In this document: positions 50,705 through 62,025 of the stretch, piece after piece
Layout of the letters: each line of letters opens with the position of its first letter
Numbering within the stretch: position 1 is the first letter of the stretch
NCBI GenBank assembly: GCA_950097015.1
Contig: CATNEN010000025.1
Span: 6,014,001-6,078,000 of the forward strand
Origin: Macrostomum hystrix
Taxonomy: Eukaryota; Animalia; Platyhelminthes
Direction: 5' to 3'
DNA: 64,000 nt
Notes under the pieces: generated by a model
Database searches by the model: none
What the model was told of the DNA's origin: nothing
The model's input: only the letters and a program-made list of their open reading frames with translations
Position numbers and translations under genes: made by a program

Positions 50705-53700
50705 TCACAGTTCCTCCTTCTTGATTGTGGCAGCAATCGGCGGCTCTGTTGCGTCGCTACCTGTCGCAATGTTCTTCTTCAAATAAGCCAGCAAGCCGTC
50801 GGCTGTCACCGGCGACTCTGAGTAGGCCGAGTCCGCCTTCTTGCCGTTGACGAATAGCAGCAGAGTCGGGAAGCCTTCGATGTTGTTGTCCACGCAGATC
50901 TCTGAGATTAAGGAAGTGCGATGATGGGACACGGAGTTCACTACCAGATAGCCTAACTCACTGACTACCACATAGTCTACCTCACTGCCTACCAGAACAG
51001 TCTACCACACTGTCTATCACAGTCTACCTCACTGCCTACCAGAACAGTCTACCACACTGTCTATCACAGTCTACCTCACTGCCTACCAGAACAGTCTACC
51101 ACACTGTCTATCACAGTCTACCTCACTGCCTACCAGAACAGTCTACCACACTGTCTATCACAGTCTACCTCACTGCCTACCAGAACAGTCTACCACACTG
51201 TCTATCACAGTCTACCTCACTGCCTACCAGAACAGTTCACTCACCCTCGTTGGCCTTGGCGTCACAGTTGATGCCGACCAGCGCAGTCTCCTTGTCCTCC
51301 TTCAGCTTCTCCGCCGCGGCGTCGAACTCCGGTTTGGCCCGCTGGCAGTGCGAGCACCAGGGCGCGTAGAACATTGCCAGCACCGTCTTGCTGGCCTTCA
51401 GCAGCCCCTTGAACTGCTCCTCTCCGTCGATCAGCCTGACGTGCTTCATCATGTCCTCCGGCTTCTCCGCCTCGCTGTCCTCCTCGTGCCCGGAGGATTT
51501 CGGAGCCGCCATCTTCTCCTTCGGCGGATTGGATAGGAAGGCCAGCAGCGACTGGGGTTCGATTTCCTCATCGAACTCGGCCCAAGCCTCGGTCTTCTTC
51601 ATCAGCCGAATGGTTGGGAAACCCTCCACCTTTTCTCCTTCGCAGAGCTCTGTTGGTTTCATGAGGAGTTTGACTGAATCACTCACTCACTCACTCACTC
51701 ACTCACTCACTCACTCACTCACTCACTCACTCACTCACTCACTACCTCACTCGCTCACTACCTCACTCACTCACTACCTCACTCGCTCACTCACTCACTC
51801 ACTACCTCACTCGCTCACTCACTCACTCACTCACTCACACACTCACACTCACTCACTCACTCACTCACTCACTCACTACCTCACTCGCTCACTCACTCAC
51901 TCACTACCTCACTCGCTCACTCACTCACTCACTCACTCACTCACACACACACACTCACTCACTCACTCACTCACTCACTCACTCACTACCTCACTCGCTC
52001 ACTCACTCACTCACTACCTCACTCGCTCACTCACTCACTCACTACCTCACTCGCTCACTCACTCACTCACTCACTCACACACACACACTCACTCACTCAC
52101 TCACTCACACACTCACTCACTCACTCACTCACTCACTCACACACTCACTCACTCACTCACTCACTCACTCACTGACTCACACACTCACTCACTCACTCAC
52201 TCACTCACTCACTCACTCACTCACCCACTCACTCACTCACTCACTCACTCACTCACTCACTCACTCACTCACTCACTCACTCACTCTGGTTCTCCTTCTC
52301 GTCGCAGTTGACAGCGGCCAGCAGCGCATTCTTCTGCTCGCTGCCAGCCAGAGCCTTGGCGGCGGCCGCGAACTTCGGCTTGGCGTCCTGACAGTGCGGG
52401 CACCAGGGCGCGTAGAAGAACACCAGGGCCAGCTCTTTGGCGGCCAGCGCCTTGGTGAAATTGCTGGCGGACAGGTACGCAACCCCCTCCATTCTGACAA
52501 AGGAGAAAAAAGCTAATATATTGCGGTTGCAATCCGGATTACTAACAGTAATAAATAGTGAAAACTTTTGACTTAAATGACAGGGACACTGAGGCAGAAT
52601 GCTTCAGAAGCAGACTGATCCTGAAGTAGATTAAGGATCCTGAAGGAGAGATAAGCATCATGAAGTAAAGATAAGGATCCCGAAGTAGAGCTAAGGATTC
52701 TGAAGTAGAGAAAAGGATCCTGAAGTAGAGATAAGGATCCTGAAGGAGAGCCAAGGATCCTGAAGTAGAACTAAAAATTCTGAAGTAGAGCGAAGGATCC
52801 TGAAGGAGAGATAATGATCCTGAAGGAGAGACAATGATCCTGAAGAAGAGATAAAGATCCTGAAGTAGAGATAAGGATCCTGAAAGAGATATAAGGATCC
52901 TGAATGTGAGCTAAGGATCCTGAAGTAGAGATAAGGATCCTGAAGGAGAGATAAGGATCCTGAAGTAGAGATAAGGATCCTGAAGTAGAGATAAGGATCC
53001 TGAAGAAGAGATAAGGATCCTGAATGTGAGCTAAGGATCCTGAAGTAGAGATAAGGATCCTGAAGTAGAGATAAGGATCCTGAAGTAGAGATAAGGATCC
53101 TGAAGTAGAGATAAGGATCCTGAAGTAGAGATAAGGATCCTGAAGTAGAGATAAGGATCCTGAAGTAGAGATAAGGATCCTGAAGTAGAGATAAGGATCC
53201 TGAAGTAGAGATAAGGATCCTGAAAGAGATCTAAGGATCCTGAAGGAGAGATAAGGATCCTGAAAGAGATCTAAGGATCCTGAAAGAGATAAGGATCCTG
53301 AAAGAGATCTAAGGATCCTGAAGGAGAGATAAGGATCCTGAAAGAGATCTAAGGATCCTGAAGGAGAGATAAGGATCCTGAAAGAGATCTAAGGATCCTG
53401 AAGGAGAGATAAGGATCCTGAAGGAGATTTCCCTTGCCACCCCCAGTTTTATCCCCTTCTCATCTTCTCACGGCGTGTCCGACTCCGCCGAGGCTTCATC
53501 CTCCTCCGAGCTCGGCTGTCTCGCCGGCGGCCGCTTCTCGCCCTCCTTCGGCGGATCGCGCATGAAGTCCAGCAGGGCCCGCTCAGAGGGTTCGTCCTCG
53601 AAGTCCTGCACCAGCTTGCCGCGTCTGTACAGCCGGAAGGTTGGGTATCCTTCGATCTTCTCCTTGGCGCAGAGGTCTGAATGGGACCCGTTTAAAGTGG

Positions 53701-54616
53701 CGTTTTAAGATTGCATGTTCTTTGCTGAGCGCAAGAACTCGATTAAACCGGATGTAAAAACAGTCCTTCTGATTTGTAACTCGTCCTGAATTATCGACAC
53801 TAATCAATTTATGATTTCACCTCATTTCAGTCCTTCTCACTCAACCCATTCCACTCCATCCCATTCTACTCCACCCAATTCTACTCCACCCCATTCCACT
53901 CCACCCCATTCTACTCCACCCGTTTCTCCTCCACCCCACTCCTCTCCACCCCATTCCACTCCACCCCATTCTACTCCAGCCCATTCCATTCCACCCAATT
54001 CTACTCTATCCAGTTTCACTCCACTCCATTCCACTCCACCCCATTCCACTCCACCCGACTCTACTCCACCCTATTCCATTCTACCCTTCAAACCAACGCG
54101 TTTGCCTCTCGCCCCAAGGTCCAAGAGGTCGATTCCGCAGCGAGGCCACATTCATTTGGAGAGAAGTCGCGGAGAGAAGGCTTGCGGGCTTGTCGTGCAA
54201 TTTACAACCTTGAGGGCCAACCTCAAAGGCACAGTGAAAGTGAACACTGTCTGACGTTGAGAAAGTCAGGAGTAGATGTACACACATATGTGAGAGTGTA
54301 TGCATGCGTATGCATCCGAGTGTGCTCAGCTCAGAGCCCACTGCTCACCCTGGTTAGCAGAGTCAGCGCAGTCAACCATCGCCATGACTTTGTCTTTGCC
54401 AGCCGGCTCAGCCGCCAGAGCCTTGGCAGCACTGGCGTACTTAGGCTTGGCGTCCTGACAGTGCGGGCACCAGGGCGCGTAGAACATCACCAAGGCCGCC
54501 TCGCTGGTGTCTATGGCCTTGTGGAAACTGTCCGCCTTCAGGTTGACAGCGCCGCCAGAGACAACCGTGGCAGCCGCGGCGACTGCGATCGTCAACGAAT
54601 AGAGAAAGCTGATCAT
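50705..54616 (-). CDS. PDIA5: Protein disulfide-isomerase A5-like (three catalytic thioredoxin domains, ER retention signal KEEL), exons 54616-54349, 53676-53472, 52493-52285, 51649-51245, 50901-50705
   Basis: Signal peptide, APWCPHC, APWCPHC and APWCSHC, a G(Y/F)PT cis-Pro motif in each domain and C-terminal KKEEL. All junctions are GT-AG and phase-compatible. Confidence 0.85.
50965..51237. repeat. 47-bp tandem, about 5.5 copies, PDI intron 4
   Basis: CAGTCTACCTCACTGCCTACCAGAACAGTCTACCACACTGTCTATCA repeated. Confidence 0.92.
51675..52284. repeat. (CTCA)n microsatellite, read as (GAGT)n on the sense strand, filling PDI intron 3
   Basis: Visible; begins exactly at the donor site. Confidence 0.97.
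52600..53430. repeat. 20-bp minisatellite (GATCCTGAAGTAGAGATAAG), PDI intron 2
   Basis: Visible tandem. Confidence 0.95.
53830..54090. repeat. 15-bp tandem (CCACCCCATTCTACT), PDI intron 1
   Basis: Visible tandem. Confidence 0.9.
54092..54325 (+). mobile_element. SINE family 2 (copy 3, 5'-truncated), PDI intron 1, antisense
   Basis: AACGCGTTTGCCTCTCGC...TCGATTCCGCAGCGAGGCCACATT..., homologous to the other family 2 copies. Confidence 0.78.
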
Positions 54617-55019
54617 CGTTTTCTGGCAGCCTAATAGAATCCGATCTAAAAACTCACTTGGAGCAGCAATCCTCGGCTAAATATTTATTTCTGTTGGAGC
54701 TTCGGCACTTCTGAGCTTCTGGCTTCCATTTTTTGGAGTTTTCTTTCTCATCGCTGATTGGCTGTGAAAATTTTACTTGAATTCTGAGCTTTGCGCGCAT
54801 TCTGAATGGCTTCTTTGTATTCTTTTACTGATTCTAAAAGCCTTCACTTTCAAAGAATTCACATTTTAAGAAAGTGGGTAGCCTTAAGTGGAAGCCAACA
54901 TTACAGTATATGTTGGGTAAGTGAAATTGAGTGGAAATTATAAAGCCATTGAAAAGTAGACATGAACATTTGAGACTTTCATGGGAGGTTCATGCAATCC
55001 AAGAAGTTCATGGGAGGTG

Positions 55020-57250
55020 ACATTCTGGTTCTTCATGGGGATAGGACATTCTGGTTCTTCAGGGGGAGATGACATTCTGGTTCTTCAGGGGGAGATGACA
55101 TTCAGATTCTTCAGGTGGGAGATGACATTCAGATTCTTCAGGGGGAGATGACATTCTGGTTCTTCAGGTGGGAGATGACATTCAGATTCTTTAGGGGGAG
55201 ATGACATTCTGGTTCTTCAAGGTGATATGACATTCTGGTTATTATTTGGGGAAGTGACATTCTGGTTCTTCAGGGAGTTGATATTCTGGTTCTTATTGGG
55301 TGAAGTGACATTCTGGTTCTTCAGGGAGTTGATATTCTAGTTCTTATTGGGGGATATGACATTCTGGTTCTTCAGAGGGATATGACATTCTGCTGGTTCT
55401 TCAGGGGGATGACATTCTGCTGGTTCTTCAGGGGGATGACATTCTGCTGGTTCTTCAGGGGGAGATGACATTCTGCTGGTTCTTCAGGGGGAGATGACAT
55501 TCTGCTGGTTCTTCAGGGGGAGATGACATTCTGCTGGTTCTTCAGGGGGAGATGACATTCAGATTCTTCAGGTGGGAGATGACATTCAGATTCTTCAGGG
55601 GGAGATGACATTCAGATTCTTCAGGGGGAGATGACATTCAGATTCTTCAGGGGGATATGACATTCAGATTCTTCAGGTGGGAGATGACATTCAGATTCTT
55701 CAGGGGGAGATGACATTCAGATTCTTCAGGGGGATGACATTCTGCTGGTTCTTCAGGGGGAGATGACATTCTGCTGGTTCTTCAGGGGGAGATGACATTC
55801 TGCTGGTTCTTCAGGGGGATGACATTCTGCTGGTTCTTCAGGGGGATATGACATTCTGCTAGTTCTTCAGGGGGATATGACATTCTGCTGGTTCTTCAGG
55901 GGGATATGACATTCTGCTGGTTCTTCAGGGGGATGACATTCTGCTGGTTCTTCAGGGGGAGATGACATTCTGCTGGTTCTTCAGGGGGATGACATTCTGC
56001 TGGTTCTTCAGGGGGAGATGACATTCTGGTTCTTCAAGGTGATATGACATTCTGGTTCTTCAAGGAGTTAATATTCTGGTTCTTATTGGGGGATATGACA
56101 TGCTGGTTCTTCAGAGGGATATGACATTCTGCTGGTTCTTCAGGGGGGGATGACATTCTGCTGGTTCTTCAGGGGGAGATGACATTCTGCTGGTTCTTCA
56201 GGGGGATATGACATTCAGATTCTTCAGGGGGAGATGACATTCAGATTCTTCAGGGGGAGATGACATTCTGCTGGTTCTTCAGGGATATGACATTCTGCTG
56301 GTTCTTCAGGGGGATGACATTCTGCTGGTTCTTCAGGGGGAGATGACATTCTGCTGGTTCTTCAGGGGGATGACATTCTGCTGGTTCTTCAGGGGGATAT
56401 GACATTCTGCTGGTTCTTCAGGGGGATGACATTCTGCTGGTTCTTCAGGGGGATGACATTCTGCTGGTTCTTCAGGGGGAGATGACATTCTGCTGGTTCT
56501 TCAGGGGGATGACATTCTGCTGGTTCTTCAGGGGGATATGACATTCTGCTGGTTCTTCAGGGGGAGATGACATTCTGCTGGTTCTTCAGGGGGATATGAC
56601 ATTCAGATTCTTCAGGGGGAGATGACATTCAGATTCTTCAGGGGGAGATGACATTCAGATTCTTCAGGGGGAGATGACATTCAGATTCTTCAGGGGGAGA
56701 TGACATTCAGATTCTTCAGGGGGAGATGACATTCAGATTCTTCAGGGGGATATGACATTCTGCTGGTTCTTCAGGGGGATATGACATTCTGCTGGTTCTT
56801 CAGGGGGATATGACATTCTGCTGGTTCTTCAGGGGGATGACATTCTGCTGGTTCTTCAGGGGGAGATGACATTCTGCTGGTTCTTCAGGGGGATGACATT
56901 CTGCTGGTTCTTCAGGGGGAGATGACATTCTGCTGGTTCTTCAGGGGGATATGACATTCTGCTGGTTCTTCAGGGGGATGACATTCTGCTGGTTCTTCAG
57001 GGGGATATGACATTCTGCTGGTTCTTCAGGGGGATATGACATTCTGCTGGTTCTTCAGGGGGATGACATTCTGCTGGTTCTTCAGGGGGATGACATTCTG
57101 CTGGTTCTTCAGGGGGATATGACATTCTGCTGGTTCTTCAGGGGGATGACATTCTGCTGGTTCTTCAGGGGGATGACATTCTGCTGGTTCTTCAGGGGGA
57201 TGACTTTCTGCTGGTTCTTCAGGGGGATGACATTCTGGTTCTTCAGGGAA
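55020..57250. repeat. 26-29-bp minisatellite (GACATTCTGCTGGTTCTTCAGGGGGAGAT and GACATTCAGATTCTTC variants), about 80 copies, upstream of the PDI gene
   Basis: Visible tandem with variant blocks. Confidence 0.96.
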
Positions 57251-57928
57251 TTTGTGACCTGCTTTGCATTTTAACAGAAGTTAATCTGCTTCGCATATAT
57301 TTCACAAGCAAATGAGTGTGAGTAGCTGCATTGATCGGGTGCTGATGTCCCAAAGTCACTCACTCAATCAAGTCAAATATCGCCGGACGCAGGAAACGCA
57401 AACAGCTGTTTAGCGCAGGGAGAAGAAAATGGGGTGGTGAATTGGGAGAGCGAATAAACTTCACAGCTCCCCGTGAAAGCGGTCCCACAGTCCGCACCTG
57501 TGCACAATTCTGCCGCATGCTCAAATTTTTTGCCCACATTTGAGTGCATGAAAGGCTTAGAAGTAAAATTTTTAACAATTATATGCTTGGAATTAGAATT
57601 AGAATGGAATCGAAATTACAAGTTGTAGTCTGCAGCGCTTTATAGCGACTCTAGCAAGCTCTGAGAAGCTCTGAATCATACTAACTTTTGCTAGGATTAT
57701 AAAAATTCTCGACAATAAAGAGTATATATATTTCTCAATACACGACTAACAGTTCAGCTTCCAATTTAGTTTAGTTTTTATTTTATATTGTACAGTAAAA
57801 CGCATTTGTCGCTACTCTTAGTAATAAAAGTGGGCACACAGAGTCGAAAAACGGTGGAAGCAAAAAATGACGAAGATTAGAAAAAAAATTTGCTAACCTG
57901 TGCTACTATTCTGAACATGTTTAGCTAT

Positions 57929-58253
57929 ATGACAGATGAAATACTACGAGCTAAACAGATGAAAGACGGGTCAATAAAAATTGATCGCACCGACCCAATG
58001 CTGAGGCAAACTGGGTAGGAAAATACTCGTGAACCTATGTGCTTGTCAATGCACATATGTAATGCATGTGAAAAACAGATGGCCAATCAGGAAAAGGACA
58101 AGAAATCACGAGCTATTTATAGAAAAAAAACGGATGGGGGAATACCCGCTTGGAATGTACATCCGAAGACATTTCAATCCATTAGTAGAACAGAAGCTGT
58201 ATGGAATCCTAGTGGATCATTATGTACTTTTATTCAGACTCAGAAAATCCTGA
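57929..58253 (+). CDS. Candidate small two-exon gene (~86 aa), exons 57929-58014 and 58079-58253
   Basis: ATG preceded by TTTAG, and a 64-nt GT-AG intron joins two open frames (MTDEILRAKQMKDGSIKIDRTDPMLRQTG-WPIRKRTRNHELFIEKKRMGEYPLGMYIRR...). No homology recognised and the polypyrimidine tract is weak. Confidence 0.33.
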
Positions 58254-58481
58254 TTTTCGTGCATGAGGTTAGGATTTCGATGAATCCAGATTTAATTCTT
58301 AGAAAAGACTGAACTATTCGGGTCTACACGAAAAAGCTAAATTTCTTTGAAATTCGAGAGGAATTTATAAAAAAAATTTTGAGATTTCTTAGAAAATTGG
58401 GAAAATTTCTTCAGAAATTGTAAAATGATATTCAGTGCATTATGGGGCAATTAGTTTTCATTCAGAATAAAAGTCCATGTC

Positions 58482-60677
58482 CTAGAGGTCGCTGAACACG
58501 TGCTCGATTCCGGTGGGCCTGTCCGGTCTAGGCGGATCTGGCCGAATATATTCAACGTAGCGCATCGCCTCGAAGCTGCCAGGCTCCACACCTTCGGGCA
58601 GCTCGTTGCGGACGAACACGCTTGACCAGGCGGCCACCCGACTGGCCGCTGTCGGCTCCGCTTGCGGCGCCGCGTCGGCCTCCAGGCGCTTCTGCGGCCC
58701 GATGGAGGGCCGACTGGGCTCCCGAGTGGCGTGCAGCATGCCGTTCGTGTGCTCAGCCAGCCGGCGCATGCTCTCGGCGTGGGCCGCCCGCTCTTTCTCC
58801 AGCCGCTTGTGATGCTCGTACAAGGGCCGGTTGCTCGGCTCAGAGGTTGGGAACGGCGCCGGCTGGGTCTCCAACGGCTCGAGGCGGCCGTCGCGGGTCA
58901 GGCGGTAGCACTGGTAGGGCTCGTCCAGGATGCGCCTCGCCTCAGCTTGGCGTCTCAGCGCGCGGCGTCGATTCTGCTCGGCCTGGGACAAAATCGGCGG
59001 CAGCTGATGCGCCGCGGTCGGCGTCTCAACAATGGTCACCTGCTTCTTGACTCTGGCTCCGCCCGGGGTCGCTTGGCCCATCGGTATTGGCGTCGCAACT
59101 GGCGGCAGCGGCGTCGATGGTCGCGGCGGCGTAGTCTCAGTGGCGCCAGACTGGGCGACCTCTTCCTGAAGGGTGGCGCGCAGTGGCCCGCTGGACTCAC
59201 GAACGAAGCTCTTGCTGCGCGAGCGGATCAGCGGGCGCATCTCAGACTCGGCGCTGACTTGAACGTCGGCGGCATCGGCCTCGTCAGCAGCTGCGCTGCC
59301 TGCGTCGGCGTTGCCCGAGCCTCGGCGCGCTGCCGCCGCGGTTCGGTAGCTGGCCCGATCGATCTCCAGCACCTTGGATGTCACGGTGACAATCTCGGCG
59401 TCATCCTGACTCTGAGCGTCCGCCAGAGCTGGGGCTTCCAATTCTGTTGCCACCGCGACTTCTTCAGGAGTCTCGGCGCTTCGCGAATCTGCCGCCGGCA
59501 ACTGCAGCGGCGAATCGACTACGGCCACCGGACCAGGCTCCGCCGCTGCGCTCAGCTCGGCCATGGCGCGCTCGATCACTTCCAGTTCGCGGCGTCGACG
59601 CTGCCGCTCGTCGGCCCGTCGGGCGTCCAGCCGGGCCTCGTCCTGGCGCCGGCTGGCTCGCTCCCTGGCCTGCTGCCGCCGGTCCAGATGCAGCTTGGCC
59701 AGGCGCCTGTACGCAGCTCGCTGCGACTCCGTCAGCTTATCCACCCGGTAGCGCTGCTCAAAGAACCACTGGCGCAGCAGGCGCTGGGTGTGCCTCTGCA
59801 TGGACTGGTTGTGGCCAACAACGGACGGTTTCAGCTCGGAGCCGCGGACCGGGCAGCGGGGCTTGCTGCGCAGCTGGGCCAGGGCTTCGTCGTCGGCGGC
59901 GTCGTTCACGCGCAGCTGCGAGTCGGGCAGCTGGCCGGATGTGGCAGCGCTGGCGTCGGTGGCGGCGGAGGAGGCTATCGACTTCTGATGTTGCAGCCTC
60001 GGAGTTGCGTTCGACTGTCGGCATTGAGGAGTGAAATTAGAGTGCCTTACGGAGTGACAGTAAAGTGCCTCCAAAAGTGAAACAAGAGTGCCTGCCAGAG
60101 TGACAGAAGAGTGCCTGCCAGAGTGACAGAAGAGTGCCTGCCAGAGTGAAAGAAGAGTGCCTGCCAGAGTGACAGAAGAGTGCCTGCCAGAGTGACAGAA
60201 GAGTGCCTCACAGAGTGAAAGAAGAGTGCCTGCCAGAGTGAAATAAGAGTGCCTGTCAGAGTGAAAGAAGAGCGCCTCAGAGAGGTTAAGAAGAGTGTCT
60301 CAGAGAGTGACAGAAGAGTGCCTCTCCCAGAGTGAAAGTAGAGTGCCACAGTGAGTGAAAGAAGAGTGCTTCACAGAGCGAAAGAAGAGTGCCATGAAAA
60401 GGGACTGGGTGTTACCTGAGTGTGAGAGTAATGTCTATGGCTTTCCGGGAATATTACTTGAAGATAAGTCCCAGAAGAAATTGAAACAAGAGAAGCGAAT
60501 TTCTACCTTTTCTGTACGCGGCTGCTGCTGCTGCTGCAATAACTGATAGATCTCCTCAATTGCCGCAGCGTCCAAACCGAAGTCATTGTCCTCGACGCCT
60601 TCTGTCGAATGCAACTCGTCCAGATCGGAGCCGCTATCCGCAACCGACTCGTTTGAGGCCGACACTGATTTGTCCAT
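58482..60677 (-). CDS. Coiled-coil/low-complexity protein, possibly CCDC190 (DUF4697)-like, exons 60677-60507 and 60014-58482
   Basis: Phase-0 GT-AG junction (PRTEK|SNATP) and a long GC-rich frame with coiled-coil segments. The C-terminal FEAMRYVEYIRP...GIEHVF loosely recalls the CCDC190-type tail. The family call is tentative. Confidence 0.7.
60065..60390. repeat. 23-bp tandem (CCTGCCAGAGTGACAGAAGAGTG) in the coiled-coil gene intron
   Basis: Visible tandem. Confidence 0.92.
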
Positions 60678-61249
60678 GGCCGACTGAAAATCCTTGCACA
60701 CTTTCTTCAAAGTTTTTCCTAAACAATTTAGGGCCTTGAAATTAAATCTTGTCTTTGAATAGAATAGCAATTTATAATAGAAAACTGGTTAACAATATAA
60801 GATTCTGGTGTGGACCAATGCAGTGAGGGCTATAGTGTGCTGTGCTTCTGTTAGACTGCAATAAGGCTATCGCAGGCCAACCCAGTGCAGTGCAAGTGCC
60901 CAGAGACTAAAATCCTTTATAAATGAGGTCGCCCAGCTCTCACGCAAGTTTATTTTCCTTGGAGATATGGTTTCCGTTGAGTTGCCAATAATTCTCATCT
61001 GGGCCAGGAAGTTTGCCGACTTGACTTATAGTGCCAGTCCCACTGGATCACGATGAGATTTGAGCCGGTTCTCTCCTAGGCTACTGAATATCCATTCATT
61101 GTATTCTCCGCCGAAGTTCATTTATTGGCTATTTTTTTCTGGCTGTGCTCAACCATCATTATTCTTTTTTAATGTGATTAACCCACTGCCCACTCGCTTT
61201 CTATACACTCTTACTCGTACTCAAACGCATATAACCCTCACTTTCCACC

Positions 61250-62025
61250 TGATGGGAAGGTCAGGTTTGCAGATGGAAGGTGAGGGTTGCAGATGGAAGG
61301 TGAGGGTTGCAGATAGAAGGTGAGGGTTGCAGATGGAAGGTTAGAGTTGCAGATGGGAAGGTCAGGTTTGCAGATGGAAGGTGAGGGTTGCAAATGGAAA
61401 GGGTTGCAGATGGAAGGTGAGGGTTGCAGATAGAAGGTGAGGGTTGCAGATGGAAGGTTAGAGTTGCAGATGGGAAGGTCAGGTTTGCAGATGGAAGGTG
61501 AGGGTTGCAAATGGAAAGGGTTGCAGATGGAAGGTGAGGGTTGCAGATAGAAGGTGAGGGTTGCAGATGGAAGGTGAGGGTTGCAGATGGGAAGGTCAGG
61601 TTTGCAGATGGAAAGTGAGGGTTGCAAATGGAAAGGGTTGCAGATGGAAGGTAAGGGTTGCAGATGGAAGTGAGGGTTGCAGATAGAAAGTGAGGGTTGC
61701 AGATAGAAGGTGAGGGTTGCAGATAGAAGGTGAGGGTTGCAGATGGAAGGTGAGGGTTGCAGATGGAAGGTGAGGGTTGCAGATGGAAGGTGAGGGTTGC
61801 AGATGGAAGGTGAGGGTTGCAGATAGAAGGTGAGGGTTGCAGATGGAAGGTTAGAGTTGCAGATGGGAAGGTCAGGTTTGCAGATGGAAGGTGAGGGTTG
61901 CAAATGGAAAGGGTTGCAGATGGAAGGTGAGGGTTGCAGATAGAAGGTGAGGGTTGCATATGGGAAGGTGAGGGTTGCAGATGGAAGGTGAGGGTTGCAT
62001 ATGGGAAGGTGAGGGTTGCAGATGC
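61250..62025. repeat. 20-bp minisatellite (GGAAGGTGAGGGTTGCAGAT)
   Basis: Visible tandem. A minus-strand donor (GCAG|GTAGGC, about 62030) and acceptor (CCATCAG, about 61250) flank it, so it may sit in an intron of an unresolved transcript. Confidence 0.95.

Noticed and set aside
9440-57250. CRISPR arrays
   Set aside because: Units are contiguous with no unique spacers, the context is eukaryotic and no cas genes are present.
57361-57546. MITE with CACTCAA...TTGAGTG termini
   Set aside because: The inverted repeat is only 7 bp, there is no TSD and there is no second copy in the window.
58606-60080. Plus-strand ORFs of up to 472 aa (likewise those opposite the Gypsy pol, MTMR9 and PDI)
   Set aside because: Antisense shadows of GC-rich coding exons with no recognisable motifs.
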